Shown here piece after piece: positions 27,715 to 41,300 of a stretch of 64,000 nucleotides of DNA. A program made the translations under genes and the position numbers. The notes beneath the pieces were generated by a model. The model had not been told where the DNA came from and ran no database searches. It worked only from the letters and a program-made list of their open reading frames with translations. Every line of letters begins with the position of its first letter. Within the stretch, counting starts at the first letter, position 1. The stretch comes from Tubulanus polymorphus (lineage: Eukaryota; Animalia; Nemertea): contig NC_134030.1 in the NCBI RefSeq assembly GCF_964204645.1, forward strand, positions 5,436,778-5,500,777, written 5' to 3'.

Positions 27715-30700
27715 GCGAAGTGTAATGAGATTACACTTACTCATTACACTTGCCTGGGAACGTGCTCCTGGTAATATTCCAGCTAAACCTTTAGGCATGA
27801 TTACAGATAGACAGAGGCAGAGACAAGGACATATACATACTAACTAACTGAAGAGAATTAGGCCCCATCTTTAAAATCTGTCATTTGATCTCAATGCTTT
27901 GGTTGGAGACGACATTTTTCCAAATCTAGATCAGACTTCACGCGTGGCGGAATGACGCCGACGGATGACTGCGGCGAATGTTTCCAAAGGCGGAAATTCA
28001 AGGCTGATTTAACTATACATTAAACTCCACAGATAGAAACAGATTGAAAATTAACACCAGATCCAAAAGTTATCGGTAATTGAAATAAATTCTTCATTTT
28101 TCTCGGCAAGTTTTGCATTTTTCAACGCGTAATCAATATCCATACGGTGAGAGCGGATTCCGTACAATTACGCGCGCCTCGGCGTCCATTGTTCATAAAT
28201 CAAAACAATAAATAAATCCTGACAATCCATTTGTTGTTTGTTAAGGGAAGCCGCCAAAAGTGTATCGAATTAGAGCTTTTAAGCAAGGAGACAAATAGCA
28301 ATTCCTCGTCCGCTGTGACTATACTCGCAAATTGACCATTGGGCTTTGACGGCACGCCAAGAAGTAATCGTTATTCGTCAGACAGGAAATGAAGAAAAAA
28401 TGTTGCCGTGTTGTCGACTAATTGGCAATTGAAAAGTGTGGAGAACAGGTAATGTAATGCCCATAAATTGTATAGACTTTTTTACGCGCCACCAATACAA
28501 CTGTAAACTCCGAAACCGACGTTAGAATTTGAAGAAATGCGTCCCGAATTCAACGAGTTCGCAAAGCGATTTCTAAATGGAAATCATCTGCAAACATTAA
28601 TATTCGTCTCATACTTTTAATTAATCACACTTTTATACTATCTTACTAATTAGATTTGACATTTCACTGTCGGGAATTGGAACTGTGTTTCATGCACAAT
28701 GGTGCACTGGAGTAGACCAGCAGCGCAGAAACACAGTCAATTTACCAAATTGACTAGATCACATTTGAATATATTGTAACGTATCTAAGTTCAATGACCT
28801 ACAATTATTCATTGTCGTGTATATCATCAATTAACATAGATACATAAATCTGTTCATCGTTTGGAAGTTCAAAAAATCAGCTCAATGCAAGGTACATACC
28901 ACAAGCACTATTTATTTAATTATTCAGCTTTATTGATATCTACCCATTTAACATAGAACTAAGTGGTGAATTCATCTTTAGATTTACTTGTTGAAATTAT
29001 GTTGAGCTCCAGTTTTGTTGTGTGAATTAGTAAGGCTACCATGGTTCGCAACATATCAAATTATTTTAAGTATGCGTAAGCTCGAAATGCCTAAAATATA
29101 TCCTTTATTTGTACGGAAATTGATATATTCTATCAATTAGAAAAATCCTCCATCAGTTGGCCTTTGCTTAGTTGATCATTTTCAATTATTAACCGCTCAT
29201 AAAATATGTATTCATCGCTAAACATTGTTTGAACGTCTAATTCTGACTTATTCATGTATTAGAAACCATAAATCTAAATAATTAATCTAATAGAAAATTG
29301 CAAATAATCCACAATTAATTCTAATAATATATTTGAAAAATCCATAGATCGCAAAGTACCACCAGGAATCTAGCACTAACTATGAATTAGAATTGATTTC
29401 TATTTTGGAGGCTTCGATATTTATATTTTTCAACTTAATGTCTAGTGAAAACGACTAACTTTTTCTCTTATGCTTTTTGTATTTCACTTAAAAGAAATAA
29501 ACTTATATAATAGAAGTAATGATAATTAAAAAACACGTTTTTCGTGTAAACCTTCTTCTTCGCTTTTCACTCAATTCATAGGGCAAAAAAAAATTAATTT
29601 CGAGGATTATTGTTAACACAAACAAATATGAAATCGACGTCAAGTTTTTCCGAAAAATTTATGCTTCATAATATCCGGCAGAATCATTCTAATTTTAGTG
29701 CCGAGCAGAACAGATGGACATAAAACTAAATTTGCAGCCGGGCCATATCCCGAGGAATCAGATTAATTTAAAGAAAACCCGCGCCTAAGATTGATGTTTT
29801 TCCAGAATTCTCAGACTGGGAATTATCAACAATGTTTCTGAATAAGAATCGGAGAAATAGAAAATACATGGCTTTTCGAATAAAGGATGCCACACATCAG
29901 CGCGCAAACATCATTTCATCTGCGCCGCTTAAACATTTATTATTTGCCGCATCCGGCGAATCAGATTCGACAAATTGTAATTATTCGTACGCATCGAAAA
30001 ATTCGGAAATTATTGACATTCATCCGTCCAGATAAGGAAGATATCAGGATTTTAAAACATAAAGCAACTTTAACAAAAGGGATTATACATTTTTTATTCT
30101 ACTTTCGTAACAGAGTTACACACATCTAAAGAATAATCATCCCTCGAAATTTGAATTGAATAGTTGATTAAAGTGTAATAATGCATTTTATTAGGATGTA
30201 AACGGAATGTTCTAAGGAATGAATGTCTGACCATGAACGAATCTTAGCAAAATTCATCGGACTTCTCAGTGTTGTTTAGGCATGTAGGTATTTTTTCAAA
30301 CATTTTACCACACACTTTGGATTAAGAATCGAAAATTGTATTTCATATTTGCAACAAACATCACTACATATTATGATCAGCTTTTATCGATCAAGTTCAT
30401 AAGGGAGTTATGCTTATTTTCAAATACAGCAAAACGAAGAAAGAAATGATCACATTTCGAATGAAAAATTTGGAATGAAATTCAAATCTTTTTTCCTACC
30501 CGGATCATGCTAAAACGTTATGCCACATTATCATGTGAAATATTGAAAAATCCATAGAAAGTCAATAGTTAGTAACATACACGTCTTTAATATGAGGGCG
30601 CCACCATACAGTGTCGGTTCATAAACCGTTCGAAAAATTCCGGAACACGCGAAAGACAAAGCCAGCGTAATTAACGAAATCTGATAACCCTTAAATATTT

Positions 30701-32797
30701 CAGTGATAAATATAGTCAAATTTCATGGTACCATTAAAGATCTTACTTTAGCTATAAGTGGAGCGGAAATTTAAATTGAGGTACAACGTGTAATTGGCAA
30801 GAACTGTGGTTATATTTACAGGGAAGAAATAAAAATTTTCGTCGTATAATAACCGATCCGTTCGTTTCAACTATGCATTTCTAGTGGGGGGTGATTATCA
30901 AAATATATACAATATTCTACGCATCATAACTTTCAGAAATAAAAAAACGTAAACTGCGATAAAATACACGAATATATAAGATGCCCCGATCTCGATCGTA
31001 AGAGATATAACACATCTTCTCTATAATTTTGCATATAACAAAAACATTTATCCTCGCATACCCTTTATTTTACACTGAGGAAATTGGTATCATGATATTA
31101 AGGAGAAGAAAATTATTCTAAAATAATCATTGAGATTTTACGCAAATTTACACCTCAACAATGAGTACTTATTTCATCGTCAGATAACAGTATTAAATAG
31201 ATTTCTCTCGACTTACTGTCACAGTATCTAAAGACAAAATTTCATTTACTACCGTCTATAGCGAGTATCAATCTCGACTTAATTATTTCGGAATAACTGA
31301 ATACAAAATTAACGAATTAAGTATTTCGAGTTCTTGCCGTATTTTCTATACATTGTTATGTGCTCATTTTCAAGGGAAATATCTTCGATGCAAAAATGTT
31401 ATGACCATCTGAATTTTCTCTTACTATTTGTGATACATTTTATGGTAATACACGACTATATGATAATATTAGGTAATAGCCTGATGATAATGAATATGTA
31501 AATCAGCGTGACAACAGTAGCAAATCACCGCTTTTAAACGTAGTAAAATAGAGTCGTATTATAACGACACGAATGAGTGAAGCAAAACCGCGCAGTCACC
31601 CTTGAAAATAACCCAACAAATTCCATAATCGACGGCGTATAGTTTTTCTTTCCTAATCGCATATAATCGAATAGATATTTCCACATATTTCGCGTTTGAC
31701 GAGTTCAATCTTTTGCTTGAACCGATATATGAGATGAAAGCTAATGTAAACATTGGCGCACTCTTACCTGATGAACATAATCCCTAAAATATTCTGGGCT
31801 AGTATAGCTGACGCGGGATGTTGGCTATAATTGAAGTTAATCCGGGTTGGTACTGAGGCCGCATAAGTGTGTGCATGGTGAATGATAATCGTGCAGTGAG
31901 TGCGGGGCTAGAAACATTGTTTTCTAAATATTACTTTTAGTGGCTCAATTCTCACAAATCATTGTGTTAAATTACAACATATAGGCCATATTGCGAGGCG
32001 TACATCATGGTAATAACCATCGCTATATTACTTTATAGGGCCTGCTTAAATTCAGGCGCACATAAATTTCGTGTTAATGCCTATAAGTCGTTTATTTATG
32101 CGCTCTTATATTTTCGCGCCACGTTTTAATGGACGCGGCCGTCTACGGACCGGTGCGTAAATTGCCATCTCGATGCCGTGAATGCGCGCATTAACGAGCC
32201 GACAACACCCGATTCAAGAGCGCCGGGAAGGATGATTCAATACGCGCCGAACCCGGGGCGGTTCGAGGCCTCGGAAGAAACAGCTTTATTGTGCAGATCA
32301 AAGGCGCCGACGACTGGTTAAACACGCTGCCAGTCTAAACAGCTTTGTGTTGTTTCAATGGCTTCGTTCAAAATAATAATTCACGGCAATAAAACTATCA
32401 AGTCGGGCCACTATTTTCGACACTCGGGCGAACGCCCGTCTGAATGACAGTTTCTTTTCTGTGTGATCCCGAGTGTAATTGGGTAGAAAGAACCCTCTCG
32501 TTCGAGGCAGACAAATGCTCCTGTCAAAAGATTCAGCTTATTATCTGAACGATGAATAAATGAGCTCGAACATCAAAGAGACGCCGACAACCAGTTCCCG
32601 TCGACGCATCGTGCACTAAAAGACACCAGAGAATATTAAGGCTTTTTCGCGTATCGAAATTAGAAATTGGCAAAGCAACAAAAATCTGCAATGATTTTAC
32701 AGTATTACTAGCTTAATTCGGATTCTTCAATCATTTCACTCGGGTGACATTTTTGCTCCATTTAACCTGGTAACATGTAGACTATTATTCATAATTT

Positions 32798-32907
32798 GGG
32801 TTCAGCTCCACAGTTCTGAGTTAAGATTTGACTCTGGGTTAACTCATTGAAAATGAACTTAATGTAACGCTCAGAGTTAACTCTAACTCACAACTGTGGA
32901 ACTTGGA
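32798..32907 (+). mobile_element. MITE family C, copy 1
   Basis: TCCACAGTT...AACTGTGGA inverted ends and GAGTTA/TAACTC subrepeats. A second copy lies inverted at 60724-60826. Confidence 0.7.
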
Positions 32908-35900
32908 TTTGACTTAATTCGGAGAAATCTGGGCAGGCCCTATACAATGAGTTATACCGTATTCCAAAACGTCTTCAAAGAAAGGATGAAACATTTAAAT
33001 TCAAATAAACAGTCGTTGTTCGAGTATATCGTGTTCAATTCTTATAAACCGCTCTTTTCAATACAATTCGATCCGTTTTAAATTTTAGCTGTTTTCGGTA
33101 GAATTACTTGCATCAATAAGACGTGATATGAGATAAATGCGCATTAGATTTGCTCGCGCAAAGAGCGCGTCATCAATCTAGTTGAACAATTTGCGAGGAA
33201 GCTAAGAGTCTACGATGGGACTTTTCAGCGATGGCGGCATCCGCGCGGCATTTACTGGAAAACCTGATTATCTCAAAAATCAATAGACAAATGGGTCGTT
33301 AATCGATATTCGATAGTGACGAAGGATGCCATCATCGGCTGGTGTCCATCGGCGAGCCGCGATCACAAACAGCTAAAAAATTCGGTCGGTCCTCGAAAAA
33401 ATCGATGATCGAAAATCCGGACTCGGAAAAAATCGAGAAACCGAAGTCGAAAAATGATGACGCGTATATCAACACCGCCTTGGTCTGTGTGACATACGCT
33501 GATCGGGCGAATTGAGCCCTGACGGATGAGCGCACCAGTTCTGGTAGACACATGAGAGCAACTGAGGTCACCGCAACATCCATAATAAGGGCATTATCGA
33601 CGCGGCAAGCCTTTGATCTGAACGAGCGTCATCACTCATATCGTAGACTGAGTACAGATTCGCATGAAAGCCGCGTTGAGCCGTATTAATGTTCGCCGTG
33701 TTAGTAAGTTGCAGTAAGTTGCGGATTAATGAATAAAGAAAATATATATTTTCTCAGGCGACGTCGCTTTAGCGCGACGTCGTCGTGTCAAACCGAGCTC
33801 GAGGGAAGGGAAAAATTCGCCGACGGGACCTGTCGCCCTACCTGGCGATAGAAAATTTAACTACAAAGTTCACCTGCGCGCGGCGAGGCGCGGGAATTGC
33901 GAAAACAATTTCGCCAGGAAAAAATCTTTTCAATAGCAATTTTTAGAATTTACGTCAGCTAAAGGGAAGGGTTACTCTGTCATTGTTTACCCATTGAATA
34001 AGAATAAAAAATTGTGTTTATTATCTATAGTTTACCAGTTTAAAAAGGCTGCATACATAACATATAGAAGTCAGATAAAGCGACATGAATTTGAAAGAAC
34101 AAATAAATCGTTTAACATCGCTTTTTCTAGGAAAATATTTTGAAGAAGGCGTATGTTATTAGTCAGTTTTTCGGCATCTTTTATGAAAAAGCCAGCCTAT
34201 ACAGGCTTACAAGACAAATACGAAAAAAGAGAAAAATACATTGATTGAATATACATTACGGCGGTGCATTTATGAGTAAGGTTTATCGAACTCCTAACTA
34301 ATTTCAGGGCCATGTTTCACCAAAAGGTTAAACTCTTGAATTGGATTTGATTTTTTCATTGATCCGGTTTATCGATTTAGGAGCGAACTGGACACAGAAA
34401 TCAAACAAATGAGACATTATTCGCTTTGATATCGTTCACTAAACCAACTGCATAAAGTCCCGTGGTTTTTAGTGGAATTTCTTTGCTGATATCGAGTGTT
34501 TTATGGCCGCTCGGTCGTCAGATTGAGCGGCGAAAGAGAAAGAAAATGTGAGACTGGGAGATGACATCGTCAACGCGCAATAAAAACACAAAATATATGA
34601 TAATGGCTAAGAGCTTTAACGGCCGATATGAAAGCGATCATAATAGACTAGTGGCGACAGGTGACAAATCGCGCTTGTCACCGAGAACATCAAGTAAACT
34701 TTAACTATGACCGATATTAATTACCGTATGACTTCGCTCTCGTAAAATACAACGTCACGACAGCCTATCAGGGTTGTTACGTATAAGAACGAGTTCGGTT
34801 CTTCGACGGGATGGGATTACTATATGCGACAAAGTCATGAAAGCCGTGTTTTCGTCGTCGTCGGTATAAGTTTGTTATGATAATCGTTATTTTTTTTCCG
34901 TCGAAGTCGACCGACCGACTCTCTACTACGGCTGTTAGGCGGTCTACTTCCTCGGTAAAAAGCGCCGGCGGTGTCGTGGCTGATGATCAGCATTACGTAA
35001 GCAAAAGGAAATCGTGTGGCGAACATGGCCGAACAAAAGCATCGAAGTTTGGTAAGTTCAGTAAGTTACGATTTATAATTAACTTGAATAGGTGGCTAAG
35101 GATATCCCTCAGTTTTGTTGGTATATGGAATTAGGTATTTCTCGACTCTTACGAACTCAAATGACATGCAAATCATAGCCAGATTAGACGCGGTTGTCAG
35201 CCACATCTCAACCAGTGCCAACTTTATATCAAACCCCGTGCTAACAATTTCTCATTATCAAACAAAACAACGGGGTGTCGAAAAGGCGTCGGTAGGTAAG
35301 GCTACTTGTCAAGCCATGTCAGTTTATTTGATGGATCGATTGTGAAATAGCGTGTAAAAAGCTCGGAATGATTACTTCGTTTAACATGACAGAAATTGAC
35401 AGAAATTGACAGATCCCACTCAGTATACGTGTATTTTTGAACGTGATCACCGGTGAATAATATGTATAGGCCTGCACATGAAACATTGGGCGTAGTCAAG
35501 AGCCGGGGTTCAGAACAATTCCGCTAATGCCTTTTCTTTAAAGGCCGACTCAAATGGAGGTCCAAAAACCCACCGGTTGGTACCTGAGATTTGCAGTGCA
35601 GGCCACATCCCACTAGCAACTAGCAAGTGGTAGCCGGCGAGTATTCAGGTCATTATAACCTTTTAAACTTAACTCATTTCATCTCATCTCAATATTTAGG
35701 AGGAGGGCCTTCAGATTCCTTCTAATACCACATAGCCTACATACATTGTTTACAATTTAAACTCAAATTTTCCAGGTCCGCTTTCCAAAAATATGAAAAG
35801 TGATTATTTATGGTAAACGTATCGGGTTTCAAACCTGGTCGCAATAGCTTGAACGCTGAGAAGTTTCTTTTTTTTCTACTTTTTTCACGGAGATCACTAT

Positions 35901-37619
35901 CATTTTAGTAAACGCTGACGCCATGTCATGTTATTTTTCTCCATCGATATTCTGATTGTCATGAAATCCGATCTGTCAAATAGCGACAGGCCCAACACAG
36001 CTGCACGCATGCGCTGTAACAGTGCATGGCTTTACCGGTCGGTATTCGACCTAAGCAATCTTTTTCCCGTGAAAACTTTCAAACTGTTGATTCAAACCCT
36101 TACCTATTTTCTCAAATTCTCGGGCGTTTACCTCGATTCTTGTAGGGTTCCTCATCTTCATATACACTGGGCATTTGCGAATGTCAGAAAAAGTGGACGG
36201 CTTCGAGTCACTTCGTAAACGAACCTAATTGATTAATCCACGACCTGTTATAGTCCAGAGCCTCGCGCGTGTAGAGAAGTTACTGAAGACAAACATGCAT
36301 CGTGTTTATGTTGCATCTTATACATACTTAGCACATGTAAAATATTACATCTATCTATATCTAGAGATGAAATTGGGTCAAACTCTACGCGGACATTCGC
36401 GATATCAAACGGTCAATGATCGGCATAGCTGATGTATACACTCCGTGTAGCCGCATACCGTCACTTCATAATTACTAAAAATGAGATGAAGATACTTCCA
36501 TTATGATAGTTAAGTATCGTATCATTTGTGCATGTATTTCTTCAAGTTAGATCAGTTTCAACGGTAGTGTATATTCAAAGGATCATTTTGTGAAGTGAAT
36601 TTACGGTAGCCTATAGCTTTTCAGTAACTACTTTCCAACTTCTTGGACCCAAAGCCATTGTTATTGTTAAGTTTTAAAGTCGACAGTTCACTGTGGTTCA
36701 GACAATGGTCGTAAAATATTTTTCACACGTCTTGACTGATCTTCAGTCGAAATTGTTCAGTTTGGCACAATTGGAATTCATCAATTAAGAAAGTTCATCC
36801 AGTTATAGCCGCTGAGTTAGTTGTACATCTTCCGATCAACCTGTATAGACATTTATAGGCATTTATATTTTTGCTTTCCCTTGAAAAAATTTGGAAATAG
36901 TTGAAATTAGTTCATTAGATACCATTAGTTTATCCAAATCTCATCTCAGACACAACTTGGCTCCTACCGTAAATCCAAATCTTATCACAGATGGGGTCCT
37001 ATCGTAAACTCCCCTTTAGGAGTTCATGATGGCCTGTTACGGTTCTCGACACTTGTATATACACGATGTATTGTTATGGGCCTGCCGTCTTGATGTTGCC
37101 CCTTGAGGCTAGAATCGTACTTCACGCATTATGAACATAAGACGTTCTATGTCTCACGGTAAGTCAGGCCAGTCACCACATGTTAGTCGGGCTATAGCCT
37201 AATAAAAATACGTTTCAGATATAGTTATACGGAGAATTCGTCTTGTCGTCCAGTCGTTTGGTTTACCGTTGGTCCGGTGTCTTGGGCATATTTTTGACCT
37301 TGTCATCCTTGGCGAAACAAAAATTGGCGAAACAAACAATACAGAAAATTAAATTGAAATGAAATTTTAGCGACTTTTTTAACATAAAGACTCCAATTTT
37401 TAATCGATTTGTGTCTCAGCTGACCAGTGGTTAGTTAATTTTTTTACTCGTTGCTGGACTCCGCTGATCTGTAAGACGAGGGGGCGTAATGCTAGGTTTC
37501 AGTAGATTAAACAGAAGTGGCCATCAAGCGCGCTGGCAAACCGTTAATTCTGTTTAAAAATCGCGACAAAGCCCATAATTTTGCGTGATTGTCGTTTATG
37601 TGTTTTGAACCTAGCGCCT

Positions 37620-37646
37620 TGATTGGCCCGCGCGTTCCATGTGATC
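37620..37646 (+). promoter_or_regulatory. Candidate intergenic promoter (ATTGG-N11-CATGTG), possibly for pri-mir-10
   Basis: GATTGGCCCGCGCGTTCCATGTGATC mirrors the Scr and Dfd promoter modules. It lies 5.6 kb upstream of mir-10 and is followed by a consensus donor at 38352. Confidence 0.5.
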
Positions 37647-38128
37647 GCGAATGCCTAAAAATAATGCCTCATATCGGTACATTACGAGCACACTAAATCA
37701 TAGAATAATTGCCACAAAGATACCACGAGGAATAATAATCTACTTGTTTTATGTTTCCTGTCGGCGGCGGCCGTGATCGGCTCATTTCTACCGCGCAAAT
37801 CTAGCATTCTTGCCGAGGATTATCTAGAGTACAATCACCGTGTTGTCTCTCATCACACAACGTGTGCTAAACGTATCACCCTCGCTTATTACGGCATCTA
37901 TGCGCCTGATTTTACCGGCGCTCATTTCTGCTCTATGGAGCTCTTTATTTTTCACTCGTCCAATCGCATCGATACTGATTTTTCTTCAGACGATATGCGG
38001 CGATATCGCTCGGAAAATGATGGTTGGGTTTTTTTTGCAGGGTGGCTGCCGGATCGGAGAAGCGATTAGTTATCAATTACGAGTGCCGTCAAGTGGAATA
38101 TAACGTAATAATCGGATGTTATCTGGAG

Positions 38129-38351
38129 ATGTGCGGCTATATTTTTGAAACGGGGGGAGGAATATCGGATATCGCGATCTGTTGGATGTATTCGTTCGTG
38201 TCGGATTCGAAACTGGATTTACGAGTTCGACCAATGGAGACCAGCGCCAGATTTGCACCTTACATCCTGGGTCACTCGCCATTGGTCGACAAGTCGGATT
38301 ATACGCGTCGAAGAAACCGAAAGATGACGTCATCGACCACCTATCCCTGGG
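38129..38351 (+). other. Candidate orphan first exon; short ORF ending in TYPW at donor G|GTAAGT (phase 1)
   Basis: In-frame ATGs at 38129 and 38234. Codons TAT CCC TGG at 38342-38350 are followed by G|GTAAGT. No transcript evidence is available. Confidence 0.35.
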
Positions 38352-41300
38352 GTAAGTTCCAAACTTAAATTCGATACTTGTAAAAAGCGAAACTTTTGAG
38401 ATTTCGATGTTGTTTTCAGCGTTTAGTTTCTACGAATTTCGCCGGCGATTAATCGATTCGCAATTCAAATGTCGGCGCCAATATTACAAACGCGTCATGC
38501 AGCCTGGCGTCCTGCATTTGCATATCGGATTTTGTATCCAATATGGCGGCGGTGACTAGTCTGGTACTGTAGTCGGCAATTATTGTTTTCGAGACGCAAT
38601 TTTCGACGGCTATTTACAGTCCCAAGAGGTATGGTAATACGGCAATTAATTACCGGATGTTTTCATCGATTAGCTACTGATAATTGCCACGTACTGGCCT
38701 TACCGCGGCCATTAGTCTGAAAGGTTTTCGGACGTGCGTCGCATATCTTATCGATCGAAAGTCTATCGAACGTTTATTCCTTTCGGAAATTTATTTCTTG
38801 TTCCGTTGTCGTAGTTTTAGTTATTTCTAATTTTGCTCGTTCTTTAGAGAGAGAAAAAATACGAACTTCTTTTCGTGACCTGATTTTAATTATTTATTCA
38901 ACATCTGCGGGTTAGTAACTTTACTTGTGGGGTGCGGGTCGACACTTGACCCAGATCACGTTTTATCGCTTTGATGTTTCCCATCCCCTGATACAGACAC
39001 GTTTATTGCCCAATAAATCGCCGGCTACCGAACGCATTTTGACGGCTACAGGCCAACTGAGTGCGCAATAAATTCACCCGCTGTCTCGGTCGCGCCGAAG
39101 CCGCGTTGATTTACCGCCACAACCTCGCTTTCGCGTCGGCGGCCATATTGCCTATTCTCCTTATAAGGCACCGACAAAAGAAGCCGATGCCGACGCTTAA
39201 TGACTAACTTATGCGGCTCTTTGTTGTTGTCAATGGAAACGAACACTTTATATGCAAAAATCGTAACTAAGAAAGGTCGCCGCTTTGACCCGACGAGATC
39301 CTAACAGCTCTGGTATATTTATGATGTTAAACAGTTGCTATCTGGTTCGTTTTTGATGTTTTCGATAATTTATATCCGTACTTCCGTTTAGTTTTTACGA
39401 CGCGCACAGTGTTTAGAAAATAACAACTGCGGCGCTATTAACCTTTGAATTATATTTCGGCTTACGAAATTTGAATATTGTTACCAAGGCGATGCCCGTC
39501 TATCGTGCGAGTCATTGGATCGTCGGTTAAGTTATGCGGCGAAAACATGTTTTATTTCAGATATTTTTATGTAAAAACGGCCGGGTTAATTATGACAGTG
39601 TATTCCATACTTATACCGTATGTTATATCTCGCCCTCGTCCGTGCAAACTTTATATGTAACGTGACGGTCTAATTTAATTCATCGCGATTTCTGTCGTTT
39701 ATAACTATAAATCTAAGGCGGACAGGCGCTCGCTTCACTTCAAAAGAAACGACTCGCGTTATGAATACGTTTTTCCAAAGACGATCTACATTATCAATTT
39801 TTCATAGTCAAAGATCATACGCGCCGCCTCGGTCGCTCGCAACAATTTGTAACCAGTCAATTTTAGCATTTGTATCTCAACGCCGTCGAGACCGCGACGA
39901 AAATCGTAGAAAAAAAGAAAAATTCTCTGAGTTTAAAGTTGAGAAATATTCTCTTAATGCATTGTGTTATATAAGTTTTTCAAAAATTCTTAAGTTGAAC
40001 TAGATACGAATTATAATCTATGGCTAGGTGAAGAAAATTTGATTAAAAAGTGAAATACATTGGCCATTATTTAGTAAAATATCTTATATATTGAACTACG
40101 TATTGTGTGTGTTAGGTTAAATTTTGTCGCAATTTGAAGGAAATAGAGACATAATATATACATTTCTCATGGCTGTTTTCGTTAATCCTTACACGAATCA
40201 TTGTCCAGTAAACGAATTATAGAATCGCAAATTATTGTGTAAACCTTGACTTGATTCGTTTATCGATGCATCGACGCTTAGGTTTGACAAATTTGTAGTA
40301 AAATAGAATGACGAAAAATATCTGAAAATTCGGCTTTATATGTTACAGTGTTCAAACGCGATAACGTATTCGCGAATATAAGAATGAAAATGTCCACTGA
40401 TATATCACATTTTTGTCGGCGATTATTAATGCGTGTTTGATTCTATTTGGGTTGCGCAAGGGATTCAAAGCCAAGAAAAAAAGTCGAGTAACAATTAACG
40501 TCATGTCGTAGATTATCACGGCATGGACTTCGTTACATTCTATAACGATGACTAGGGCGATGGGAGTTTGAAAGGTCAGTATTTTAACCCGATCTGGGCG
40601 GCTAACAGATCGTTACGCAGTTAATACGTTCATTTATATCGACGGCTCTAACGAGGGTTAATTAGCGATTTCTTTACGCGTGGTCAGTGAATGTGTCACT
40701 ATGACGGATGTTGCTAATCCGGCCCGATTTTCCTAACTCACGCCGTCGTCTCTCGCCCGATCGGTGCAGTAATATACTCGGAAACTTCCAGAGCTCATTT
40801 CGCTAATAGTCGGACATATTTGTCATGCGTTTTACCCCGTTTTCCCCTGTCAAGCGTTGGCCCCGGACGATTTGTTTCGACCCCTCGATGATGGGTTCAT
40901 TTTTCACGAAGGCTTTCGTGACTGATGGTCGTAATAAAACGAGTATTCGGTCCGTGTTATCATCTCCACCGGCCTTGGCAGAAACCGATGTCATAATACC
41001 AACATCGATTTACCATCCAAACAAATACAGTAATCATTTCATGGCAAATATTTGAATGAGCGAATTTTTCTTCGATAATTGTCCCGGAAGTGCTTATAAA
41101 AATCTAGCGCCGCCTATGGGATATATCTCAAACTAGCGCGCGATCGGCGGCTTCCTTTGATCTGATACATCTGGTGGTGAAAACACGATCATAATCAATC
41201 ACCAGGCACGGCTCAAGACAGAAAATCGATTGTTCCATCTTTTGATATATCAATAATCGCGCGTCATCTGAAAAGAACTGATCTGCGGTTTCTGAACAGA

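Noticed and set aside
27718-27751. 12-bp inverted repeat AAGTGTAATGAG/CTCATTACACTT
   Set aside because: Short and adjacent to a MITE; likely a repair or insertion footprint.
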